From Gemmatimonadota bacterium (GTDB taxonomy: Bacteria; GCA-2686955), in assembly GCA_002686955.1 (NCBI GenBank), contig NYZA01000236.1, forward strand, positions 1 to 14,650: a stretch of 14,650 nt of DNA. The letters are read 5' to 3'. Position 1 is the first letter of the stretch. Each line of letters opens with the position of its first letter. The notes beneath the pieces are model-generated. The model searched no databases and was not told the DNA's origin. It worked only from the letters and a program-made list of their open reading frames with translations. Below are positions 1-6,987 of the stretch, piece after piece. The translations under genes were made by a program, and so were the position numbers.

Positions 1-92
1 AGATCGGAACGAAGGCGGATGCCGGGCGAAGCGAAGGCTATGTGCAACAGGCTCCTAGTGCGCCTGGCCGAGCTCCGCCCCGAGCAGGCGAC

Positions 93-518
93 CTACATGC
101 AGCCCTGACGTTCCAGGCATTTGGCTACGGCCTGATATACAAGTCGTGCCACAGCAACAGCATGCTCAATGGTGTCGCGATCATCGAACTCGTCATCCCA
201 GCCCGGGTAGCGCGGCGCCACCGCCATTTGTGAGAGCAGCTCGAGATCGTCCTCGTCCACAGCGAGCGACTGCCGATCCGAATCGGGGAGTCGAGCCCAA
301 AGCGCTTCCAAGTCGTGTGTTCTTTGGGGTTGCTGGCCGGCAAAGACGGCAAGTGCCTTGAGCGATTTCTCGGCCGCTTGCTGGGCATGAAATGCGACCG
401 TGTCCAATGGTCCGTCTTTGTGCGGCAGAACGATCTCGATTGCCTTGAGGTCGTTGGCAGCCTTTTGCATCCAGGCACGTGCCTGTGCGCACTGTGCCTC
501 ACGAGGCATAGAGGACAC
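93..518 (-). CDS. HEPN-domain protein (putative toxin of a HEPN/MNT pair)
   Basis: 141 aa. The motif '...FHAQQAAEKSLKALAV...QRTHDLEALW...' is typical of PF05168-type HEPN. It overlaps the upstream nucleotidyltransferase gene by 20 nt on the same strand, which is the classic MNT-HEPN arrangement. Confidence 0.7.
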   Translation of the reverse strand: MSSMPREAQCAQARAWMQKAANDLKAIEIVLPHKDGPLDTVAFHAQQAAEKSLKALAVFAGQQPQRTHDLEALWARLPDSDRQSLAVDEDDLELLSQMAVAPRYPGWDDEFDDRDTIEHAVAVARLVYQAVAKCLERQGCM

Positions 519-876
519 GTCCTTCGTGCGCAGCGGGGTAAGCCACCGTGCCGGCGAGCTCTCTATGTGTTTCGAACTCGTCAGGCGTTAGCACAAAGAT
601 ATCTTTGGCAATTCCCAGTCCGCGCAGAGACTTTCGTATCTCTACCGCTGTGCGCAGTCGGCTACCCGTGTAGGACATGACAAACAACAAGTCGTAGTCG
701 CTCTCCGCCGTTGCCGCGCCGCGAGCCCGCGACCCGAAGAGGATCACCTTACGGGGCTCGAACGTGGGCACTGTCCTCCGCACGATCGCCGCCAAGATGG
801 CGGCATCGGCCTCTTCCGCGGATCTACTGTGCTGCATGCGCGTGAGCTTACCAACTTCCCGCCAAGTCAGCGGCAA
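499..876 (-). CDS. Minimal nucleotidyltransferase (MNT, Pol-beta superfamily; putative antitoxin partner of HEPN)
   Basis: The signature 'ILFGSRARGAATAESDYDLLFV' is the GS-x(9-13)-DxD NTase signature. The start is uncertain: TTG at 876 or ATG at 837 (MQHSRS...), and neither has a strong SD. Confidence 0.65.
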   Translation of the reverse strand: MPLTWREVGKLTRMQHSRSAEEADAAILAAIVRRTVPTFEPRKVILFGSRARGAATAESDYDLLFVMSYTGSRLRTAVEIRKSLRGLGIAKDIFVLTPDEFETHRELAGTVAYPAAHEGRVLYAS

Positions 877-1005
877 CCGATCGCGGGTGCGGCCGGCTTC
901 CTCAAGTCCGGGGGAGAGCCTGGCAGCCCGTTGCGCATGGTCCTTGCGCGCTCAACCCGGGAGCACGGTAGGGAGCACCGATCCGCTCCGGCCTCGATCG
1001 CTCGG

Positions 1006-1034
1006 TTGACACCCCCTCGTCCGCATGCTAGTGT
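1006..1034 (+). promoter_or_regulatory. sigma70-like promoter candidate for the BMC operon (TTGACA-17 nt-TAGTGT)
   Basis: TTGACA at 1006-1011, an exact 17-nt spacer, and TAGTGT at 1029-1034. It lies in the 283-bp divergent intergenic region between MNT and the first shell gene. The predicted 5'UTR is about 120 nt and contains small palindromes (ccgga-cacc-tccgg; cctcga-catcgat-tcgagg). Confidence 0.3.
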
Positions 1035-1159
1035 CCGCCCACAAACCTCTGTAATGCCGCAACTTGCGCCAGCCGGACACCTCCGGAGCGCGCCTTTCCG
1101 CGGAATCGTTCCACAGCCACATCCTCGACATCGATCGAGGCGCGACGGCGGGAGAAGAC

Positions 1160-1444
1160 ATGACTCTGGACGCTCTGGGAATGGTCGAAACCAAAGGGCT
1201 CATCGGTTCGATCGAAGCGGCCGATGCGATGGTGAAGGCCGCCAAGGTCTCCCTGATCGGCAAAGAGAAGATCGGTGGCGGTTTCGTCACCGTGATGGTT
1301 CGAGGAGATGTGGGGGCGGTCAAAGCCGCCACCGATGCCGGTGCCGCCGCCGCCGAACGGGTCGGCGAGCTCGTATCGGTCCATGTCATCCCGCGTCCGC
1401 ACGCCGACGTCGAGATGATCCTCCCGAACGCCGGCGGCAAATAG
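1160..1444 (+). CDS. BMC-H shell protein (PF00936, PduA/EutM-like hexamer)
   Basis: '[25 protein letters not shown]...HVIPRPH' is canonical BMC-H. The start ATG at 1160 is preceded by GGGAGAAG. The ORF-track start at 1064 is an upstream extension with no similarity. Confidence 0.9.
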   Translation: MTLDALGMVETKGLIGSIEAADAMVKAAKVSLIGKEKIGGGFVTVMVRGDVGAVKAATDAGAAAAERVGELVSVHVIPRPHADVEMILPNAGGK

Positions 1445-1466
1445 CGCGTCGTCGCGAGGGCCCAGC

Positions 1467-1895
1467 ATGGGAGACGATCGCGCACTCGGAATGGTCGAGA
1501 CCGAGGGCCTCATCGCCGGCATCGAAGCCGCCGACGCCATGGTGAAGGCGGCGAAGGTGCGGCTCGTCGAGCGGGAGGTCACCGTCGCCAAGCTGGTCAC
1601 TATCAAGGTGGCCGGCGAGACCGGCGCCGTACGGGCCTCGGTGGAGGCCGGCGTGGCGGCAGCCAGAAAGGTCGGCACCGTGGTATCGAGCCATGTCATC
1701 CCCCGCCCCCACGAAGATGTGGAGAAGATCATCTATCCGGAGCTGCGGCACAACCCGGCACCCGACGGAGAGCTCGACTCGTTGACGGTTGCGGAGCTGC
1801 GCCGCCGCGTTCGCGCGATCCCCGACAGCGGTCTCTCCGGCCGCGACATCTCACGGGCCAGCAAGGATCAGCTCATCGCTGTGCTGCGTGGCTAG
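1467..1895 (+). CDS. BMC-H shell protein with about 50-aa C-terminal extension (Rho_N/SAP-like helix-hairpin)
   Basis: The N-terminal 90 aa are canonical BMC-H ([25 protein letters not shown]...HVIPRPH). The tail '[37 protein letters not shown]' matches the Rho N-terminal-domain pattern (L..ELR..A..LGI.G.S...K.ELI.AIL). Confidence 0.88.
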   Translation: MGDDRALGMVETEGLIAGIEAADAMVKAAKVRLVEREVTVAKLVTIKVAGETGAVRASVEAGVAAARKVGTVVSSHVIPRPHEDVEKIIYPELRHNPAPDGELDSLTVAELRRRVRAIPDSGLSGRDISRASKDQLIAVLRG

Positions 1896-1928
1896 AGGGC
1901 GGCCCGCCCGAGCACGGAAACCCATGCC

Positions 1929-3461
1929 ATGTCCTTCGACCCAGATCTGAAGGCGATCCAAGAGGTTCGCGACGCACTTGGGGCCGCCCACTCGGCCCAA
2001 AAGCAGTTCGCGGAGACTGATCAGGCCCAGGTCGATCAGATCGTGGGCGCGATGGCCCACGCCGCTCGGAACGAGATCGAATCGCTCGCCCGCCTCGCCG
2101 TCGAAGAAACGGGAATGGGGATCTACGAAGACAAGATCGGCAAGAACCGCTTTGCCGCCGTCGACGTCTACGAGCACATCCGCTCCATGCGCACGGTGGG
2201 AATCCTCTCGGAGTCTACCGAACGCGGAATCGTAGAGATCGCTCAGCCGATGGGGGTCGTCGCCGCGATCATTCCGACCACGAACCCCACCTCCACGGCG
2301 ATCTACAAGATCCTCATCTCGGTCAAGGCCCGAAACGGGATCGTGATCTCGCCCCACCCGCGCGCCAAAGGGTGTATTCGCCGCACAACCGAGCTCATGG
2401 TCCACGCCGCGCGCGGGGCCGGCGCCCCCGATCGACTGATCTCGTGTCTCGAGAATCCCACGCTCGAGTCCACCCAACATCTGATGTCGCACGATCTCAC
2501 TGCTGTCATTCTCGCGACGGGGGGCTCGGGATTGGTCAAGGCGGCCTACTCCAGCGGGAAGCCGGCCTTCGGAGTCGGTCCCGGTAACGTGCCGGCCTAC
2601 ATCGACCGCTCGGCTGATGTAGCCAAGGCCTGCCGCGACATCATCACCGGCACCGCCTTCGACAACGGAACGATCTGCGCGTCGGAGCAGTCGGTCGTCG
2701 TCGACGCCCCGGTCGAAGAAGAGGCCCTTCGCTCTTTCGAGGCAGCCGGTGGGTACATTCTCAGCCCCGAGGAAAAAGCGCGCCTCGAGCCGATCGTCGT
2801 CAAGAAGAGCGGCGCGGTCGATCCCGCAATCGTTGGCCAGCATGCCCGAGATATCGCCCGAAAGGCCGGGATCCAGGTTCCCGAGGGCACCAAGGCCCTG
2901 ATTGCCCGCCTCGACCGGGTCGGCAAGACCGAGGAGCCCCTCTCGATCGAGAAGCTCTCGCCGATCCTGGGCTTCTACGTGGTCGCCGACTGGGTCCGCG
3001 GCTGCGAACGCTGCATCGAACTGCTGCGCTTGGGGGGCATGGGTCACACTCTGGCCATTCACGCCACAGACGAATCGGTCATCCGGGAGTTCGGTTTGAA
3101 GAAGCCGGTTTTCCGGATCGTGGTGAACACCCCCTCGACCCACGGCGCGATCGGTCTGTCCACAGGTCTTGCCCCGGCCATGACCCTCGGCTGCGGTGCG
3201 GTTGGCGGCAACATCACCGGCGACAATGTCTCGCCTCTGCATCTGATCAACACGAAACGCTTGGCCTACGGGATCAAAGAGGTCGAGCTGGCTCCCCGTG
3301 CATCGGAAGGCGGGCTCCGCGCCGACGGGCGGGTCGGTCCCACTTGCCGGAGCGAAGCATCGGCCGGCGTAGACGCGGGTGCGTCGGTCGGTCACGCGCT
3401 GTCGGAATCCGACATCGAGCGGATCGTGGAGGACTTCCTCCGCGAGCGGCGGAGCGGGTGA
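1929..3461 (+). CDS. CoA-acylating aldehyde dehydrogenase (PduP/EutE family) with C-terminal linker and encapsulation-peptide-like helix
   Basis: 510 aa with the catalytic-Cys context 'NGTICASEQS', a glycine-rich NAD site and overall PduP-like order. There is no N-terminal extension. The C-terminal 55 aa form a low-complexity linker followed by the amphipathic 'SESDIERIVEDFLRERR'. Confidence 0.9.
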   Translation: MSFDPDLKAIQEVRDALGAAHSAQKQFAETDQAQVDQIVGAMAHAARNEIESLARLAVEETGMGIYEDKIGKNRFAAVDVYEHIRSMRTVGILSESTERGIVEIAQPMGVVAAIIPTTNPTSTAIYKILISVKARNGIVISPHPRAKGCIRRTTELMVHAARGAGAPDRLISCLENPTLESTQHLMSHDLTAVILATGGSGLVKAAYSSGKPAFGVGPGNVPAYIDRSADVAKACRDIITGTAFDNGTICASEQSVVVDAPVEEEALRSFEAAGGYILSPEEKARLEPIVVKKSGAVDPAIVGQHARDIARKAGIQVPEGTKALIARLDRVGKTEEPLSIEKLSPILGFYVVADWVRGCERCIELLRLGGMGHTLAIHATDESVIREFGLKKPVFRIVVNTPSTHGAIGLSTGLAPAMTLGCGAVGGNITGDNVSPLHLINTKRLAYGIKEVELAPRASEGGLRADGRVGPTCRSEASAGVDAGASVGHALSESDIERIVEDFLRERRSG

Positions 3462-4258
3462 GCGAGCGGAACGCGCCACCGACTCTTCTGGCGCTCCAGG
3501 ACTATGTGTTCCACCGGCCCGTGCCGGTCGGCGTTTCGAATCGGCATGTCCATCTCTGCGATGCCGACATTTCCCGGCTTTTTGGCCCCCGCCACCTTCT
3601 CTCCAAACGCCGCGATATCGTGCAAAAAGGTCAGTTCTCTTGCCAGGAAGTGGTGACCGTGGCCACCTCGGCCGGCGTGCTGCGAGATGTCCGCGTCATG
3701 GGACCATCGCGCGCCCGCACCCAAGTGGAGCTCGCCCCTTCCGATGCCCGGGAGCTTGGATTGCGCGCGCCGTTGCGCCCTTCCGGCGATACGAACGACT
3801 CCGCGGGGTGCGTCCTCATCGGTCCAAAGGGCTCCATCGATCTCGCCGCTGGAGTGCTGATCCCCGAGAGACACCTGCACATGTCGCCGAGAGACACCGC
3901 CTTTTTCGGTGTTGCGCAGGGCGATCGACTCCGGGTCGCGGTGCCGGGTCGACGCGGGGGCCTGCTCGCGGATGTCCTTGTGAGGGTTCATGAGCGATTC
4001 GTGCTCGAGCTTCATCTCGACACCGACGAAGCGGGAGCACTGCTCGCGCGCAACGGCGACTTGACCTACGTGGTCGACGACGAGAGGCTCGGAGTCGACT
4101 TGAACCTCCGCCTGGCGCGGCCGCCGGGAGGGCGACGCCTAATGACCGAAAGCGAGCTCAGGCGCGTCGTTCGCACCGAAGGACGGGTGCGAATCCCCCA
4201 CGGTGTGCTTCTCACGCCATCGGCGCGCGATCTCGCCCGGCGACTGAAGCTCGACTGA
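3458..4258 (+). CDS. pduL: PduL-type phosphotransacylase (two PF06130 repeats) with about 40-aa C-terminal extension
   Basis: 'VPVGVSNRHVHL' and a second 'PERHLHMSP' motif, with 'GPSRARTQVELAPSDARELGL' between them. The proposed GTG start at 3458 overlaps the aldehyde dehydrogenase stop (GTGA). The ORF-track start at 3344 lies inside the dehydrogenase gene and is unlikely. The C-terminal tail is 'MTESELRRVVRTEGRVRIPHGVLLTPSARDLARRLKLD'. Confidence 0.85.
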   Translation: MSERNAPPTLLALQDYVFHRPVPVGVSNRHVHLCDADISRLFGPRHLLSKRRDIVQKGQFSCQEVVTVATSAGVLRDVRVMGPSRARTQVELAPSDARELGLRAPLRPSGDTNDSAGCVLIGPKGSIDLAAGVLIPERHLHMSPRDTAFFGVAQGDRLRVAVPGRRGGLLADVLVRVHERFVLELHLDTDEAGALLARNGDLTYVVDDERLGVDLNLRLARPPGGRRLMTESELRRVVRTEGRVRIPHGVLLTPSARDLARRLKLD

Positions 4259-4593
4259 TGTTCATCGGACGGGTCGTCGGCACGGTTTGGGCAACCAAGA
4301 AGACGGAGAACCTGGACAACTTGCGTTTTCTGGTCGTCCATCCCGTCAACCTGAACAAGGCGCCGAACACCGATATCGTGGTTGTTGCCGATCGCCTCGG
4401 CGCCGGTCCCGGCGAGCTGGTGATGTGTGCCTACGGGCACGCCGCTCGCACCGCCGTGGGAGATACCGACCAATCGATCGAGGCGGCCGTCGTTGGCATC
4501 ATCGACTCCGTCGATATCGACCAGGCGGAGGTCGAAGCGATCGAGAAGCGGTCCGCGGGAAGCCTGGCGATGAACAACGACGGGAGGAGATAG
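4258..4593 (+). CDS. BMC-P vertex protein (EutN/CcmL/PduN family, PF03319)
   Basis: 'MFIGRVVGTVWATKK...LVVHPV...VVADRLGAGPGELVMCAYGHAAR'. The ATG overlaps the pduL stop (TGATG). There is an about 25-aa acidic C-terminal tail. Confidence 0.9.
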   Translation: MFIGRVVGTVWATKKTENLDNLRFLVVHPVNLNKAPNTDIVVVADRLGAGPGELVMCAYGHAARTAVGDTDQSIEAAVVGIIDSVDIDQAEVEAIEKRSAGSLAMNNDGRR

Positions 4594-4594
4594 C

Positions 4595-5008
4595 TTGGAG
4601 CTCGAAAGAGACGACGTACGGGCCATCGTCGAGGATGTGCTCGACTCGTACCAGACTGGAGGGTGCGTGCAGCGGCACGAACGAGCCGAGGTCACCGAGA
4701 CCGAAGCCGCCGCCCCCCGCACCGGCGCGCCGGTGAGCCACAGGGTCATCATCACCGCGCTCGGCCGCAACGCCCCCGGGATCGCGTCCGGTGTGACCGG
4801 GGCCTTGGCCGACGTCGGCGCGGATATTCTCGACATGAGCCAGACCCTTCTGGGCGATTTCTTCACGATGATCATAGTGGCCGATCTTTCGACCGCGACC
4901 ATCGATTTCGGAATGGTCCAGGAACATCTGGCGGATCGCGGTGTTGAGCTGGGCGTTCGAATCGTCGCCCAGCACGAAGACGTCTTTCGCTACATGCACC
5001 GCATTTAG
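4595..5008 (+). CDS. UPF0237-family ACT-domain protein with N-terminal encapsulation-peptide-like helix and linker
   Basis: The TTG start sits 1 nt after the BMC-P stop and is preceded by GGGAGGAG. The N-terminus 'MELERDDVRAIVEDVLDSY' closely resembles the PduD-type encapsulation peptide (…RQIIEDVLSEM). An about 30-aa linker follows, then an ACT domain 'HRVIITALGRNAPGIASGVTGALADVGADILDMSQTLLGDFFTMIIVADL...VFRYMHRI'. Confidence 0.7.
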   Translation: MELERDDVRAIVEDVLDSYQTGGCVQRHERAEVTETEAAAPRTGAPVSHRVIITALGRNAPGIASGVTGALADVGADILDMSQTLLGDFFTMIIVADLSTATIDFGMVQEHLADRGVELGVRIVAQHEDVFRYMHRI

Positions 5009-5020
5009 GGTCCGCACAGT

Positions 5021-5080
5021 ATAGCTAGTGATCTTGGCATCCCATCTGCGGCACATCTGGGCGCCAAGATCACCAGCTAT
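5021..5080 (+). promoter_or_regulatory. Large intergenic hairpin (18-bp stem, one A·C mismatch, 24-nt loop) between the ACT and DUF711 genes
   Basis: ATAGCTAGTGATCTTGGC (5021-5038) pairs with GCCAAGATCACCAGCTAT (5063-5080). Stem GC is below the genome average. The hairpin lies within the 103-nt gap and covers the alternative GTG 5028. Confidence 0.5.
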
Positions 5081-5111
5081 TCCTGAGTGGACCCATGGAG
5101 CAACCGAATCG

Positions 5112-6473
5112 ATGTCCTGGAGCCGCGACGAAATCCTCGAAACCGTGCGGATGCTCGAGACCGAGCATCTCGACATCAGAACCGTGACCCTGGGAATCAG
5201 CCTCCTCGATTGTGCCGGCGGCGATGCTGGCCGCGTCTGTCACCGTGTCGCGGAGAAGATCAGCTCGTACGCGGCGAACTTCGTCCACCAGGCGAGACGG
5301 GTCGAGGCCGACTACGGCATTCCGATCGCTAACAAGCGGATCTCGATCACGCCGGCGGCGATCTTCGGCGCGGGCCTCGACGCGGACGGATTCGTGCGGC
5401 TCGCCGAGACGCTCGACCGGGTGGCCGAGGAGATCGGCGTGGATTATTTGGGCGGTTTTTCCGCTCTCGTGCACAAGGGCTTCTCGCGGGGCGACCTCGC
5501 CTACTTCGAGGCGCTCGCCGAGGCGCTCGCGACCACCAAACGGGTTTGCGCATCGGTCAATGTGGCCACCACGACGGCCGGCATCAACATGGACGCCATC
5601 GCGCGCCTGGGCACACTCATCAAAGACCTCGCCGAGCGCACCCGCGGAGAGGGTGGAATCGGCTGCGCGAAGCTCGTCGTCTTCGCGAATGCGCCCGATG
5701 ACAACCCCTTCGTCGCGGGCACTTTTCATGGCGTCGGCGAAGCGGAGTGCGCCGTAAACGTCGGCGTGAGCGGCCCCGGTGTGGTTCGCGCGGCCCTCAC
5801 GCCGTGCGCCGGCATCGACCTGGGCTCACTCGCCGAGGTCGTAAAACGGACCGCATTCAAGATCACCCGTCTCGGCGAGATGATCGGGCGACGGGTCGCC
5901 GAGCGGCTCGGTGTCGATTTTGGGATCGTCGATGTCTCGCTCGCTCCCACTCCCGCGGCGGGGGATTCGGTGGCCGACATACTCGAGCTCATCGGGATAG
6001 AGCGAACCGGTGCGCCGGGTACGACCGCTGCGTTGGCTCTGCTCACCGATGCGGTGAAGAAGGGCGGCGCGATGGCAACGAGCGCGACCGGTGGCCTTTC
6101 CGGCGCTTTCATCCCAGTCTCTGAAGACCAAGGCATGATTCGGGCCGTGCGCGAAGGGGCACTCTCTCTGGAGAAGCTCGAAGCGATGTCGGCCGTATGT
6201 TCGGTCGGCCTCGATATGGTCGCCGTGCCGGGCGACACCCCCGCCTCGACCATCAGCGGCATCATCGCCGACGAGATCGCGATTGGCGTAATCAATTTCA
6301 AGACCACCGCGGTTCGGATTCTCCCCCTCCCGGGAATGAAGGCCGGAGAATCGGTCGACTACGGTGGGCTCCTCGGCGAAGCGCCGGCGATGCCGGTCAA
6401 CCCGTTCAGATGCGACGAATTCGTCGCCCGCGGAGGCCGGATCCCCCCTCCGATCCGATCGATGAAGAACTGA
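5112..6473 (+). CDS. UPF0210/DUF711 (PF05167) family protein of unknown function
   Basis: 453 aa from ATG 5112, with GGAG 11 nt upstream. '[27 protein letters not shown]...NKRISITP...[20 protein letters not shown]...[16 protein letters not shown]...[14 protein letters not shown]' is collinear with UPF0210. The ORF-track start GTG 5028 adds 28 non-conserved residues inside the hairpin. Confidence 0.8.
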   Translation: MSWSRDEILETVRMLETEHLDIRTVTLGISLLDCAGGDAGRVCHRVAEKISSYAANFVHQARRVEADYGIPIANKRISITPAAIFGAGLDADGFVRLAETLDRVAEEIGVDYLGGFSALVHKGFSRGDLAYFEALAEALATTKRVCASVNVATTTAGINMDAIARLGTLIKDLAERTRGEGGIGCAKLVVFANAPDDNPFVAGTFHGVGEAECAVNVGVSGPGVVRAALTPCAGIDLGSLAEVVKRTAFKITRLGEMIGRRVAERLGVDFGIVDVSLAPTPAAGDSVADILELIGIERTGAPGTTAALALLTDAVKKGGAMATSATGGLSGAFIPVSEDQGMIRAVREGALSLEKLEAMSAVCSVGLDMVAVPGDTPASTISGIIADEIAIGVINFKTTAVRILPLPGMKAGESVDYGGLLGEAPAMPVNPFRCDEFVARGGRIPPPIRSMKN

Positions 6474-6500
6474 GGGATCACCCAGAGCGCCCGTTTTTTT
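6474..6500 (+). terminator. Possible operon-end terminator: weak GC stem followed by T7 tract
   Basis: gggatcaccc...gcgcccg then TTTTTTT (6494-6500) immediately after the DUF711 stop. The stem is weak or ambiguous, but a T7 run is rare in this GC context. Confidence 0.2.
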
Positions 6501-6636
6501 GCCGCTCATTCCTCGAACAGTTCCAACATAGGGAAGCGGAAAGAGGGAATCTCAGCTCGGGCGATTCTGTGCAAGTAACTATGTCTCAGGCGTTTGTGAG
6601 GTTCTAGCCGGGGCTGTGCGGCAGTTGCGCGGCCTG

Positions 6637-6669
6637 GTAAGAAAATCACCATGGGGACGTTTTTCTTAC
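6637..6669. other. AT-rich 9-bp inverted repeat hairpin (GTAAGAAAA-15 nt-TTTTCTTAC) in low-GC intergenic spacer
   Basis: A perfect 9-bp stem with no flanking U-tract on either strand. It sits about 90 nt upstream of the flgM-like start. Confidence 0.4.
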
Positions 6670-6758
6670 TCATGCCGTACCGGAAACACCCGATTTGATT
6701 GGTTAGAGCCCGACCACGAGGAGAGAGGCCTCGGAAACCATCTGAAAGGACCGAATCG

Positions 6759-6965
6759 ATGACACGCACAAAGAAGATCGACGGCGCTGCCACAAAGTCC
6801 GTGAAGAGCCAGGCAACCAGCATCGACGCTCGAAAACTCCAGCGTGTTCGCGCCCGGATCGCAAACGGTTACTACGATCGTCCCGAGGTCCTGCGCGATC
6901 TCGTGGATATCCTTCTGCCCGTGCTCGAACGACCCGGAACCGATCCGTCCCCGAGCCGCGACTAG
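6759..6965 (+). CDS. flgM: FlgM-like anti-sigma-28 factor family protein
   Basis: 68 aa. The C-terminus 'IDARKLQRVRARIANGYYDRPEVLRDLVDILL' matches the FlgM pattern (vd.eKvaalkaaIasGtY.vdaekiAdkll). AAAGGA lies 8 nt upstream of the ATG. The ORF-track 6699 start is an upstream extension. Confidence 0.5.
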   Translation: MTRTKKIDGAATKSVKSQATSIDARKLQRVRARIANGYYDRPEVLRDLVDILLPVLERPGTDPSPSRD

Positions 6966-6987
6966 TCGAAGGACTCCGCCCGCGGCA

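Noticed and set aside
921-934. sigma-54-like motif TGGCAG-N4-TTGC upstream of the BMC operon.
   Set aside because: The GG-to-GC spacing is 9 nt rather than the obligatory 10, and the -24 element is imperfect (CAG, not CAC). It is probably fortuitous. The sigma70-like TTGACA/TAGTGT 80 nt downstream is the better promoter candidate.
829-1751. Long + and - strand ORFs overlapping the MNT gene, the promoter region and the BMC-H genes: 829..1545+, 952..1485-, 1028..1732- and 1386..1751-.
   Set aside because: Their composition is R/G/S/P/A-rich and low in complexity. They overlap clearly homologous genes in other frames. These are frame shadows of a high-GC genome.
1851-3479. 542-aa - strand ORF antisense to the aldehyde dehydrogenase.
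   Set aside because: It is the antisense shadow of a strongly conserved AldDH gene. Its composition is R/G/D-rich and it has no recognisable domain.
3379-4015. ORFs overlapping pduL: 3379..3993+ and 3392..4015-.
   Set aside because: These are alternative frames or antisense of the PduL gene and have a junk composition.
4066-5729. - strand ORFs antisense to the BMC-P, ACT and DUF711 genes: 4066..4902-, 4499..5176- and 5070..5729-. Also + strand alternative-frame ORFs over the DUF711 gene: 5212..5757 and 5747..6124.
   Set aside because: The + strand genes have clear family-level similarity. These are shadows.
6700-6758. Possible sigma-28 class-III promoter upstream of flgM ('CCCGATTT' resembles the GCCGATAA -10 element).
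   Set aside because: There is no TAAA -35 element at the required 15-nt spacing. The match is too weak to call.
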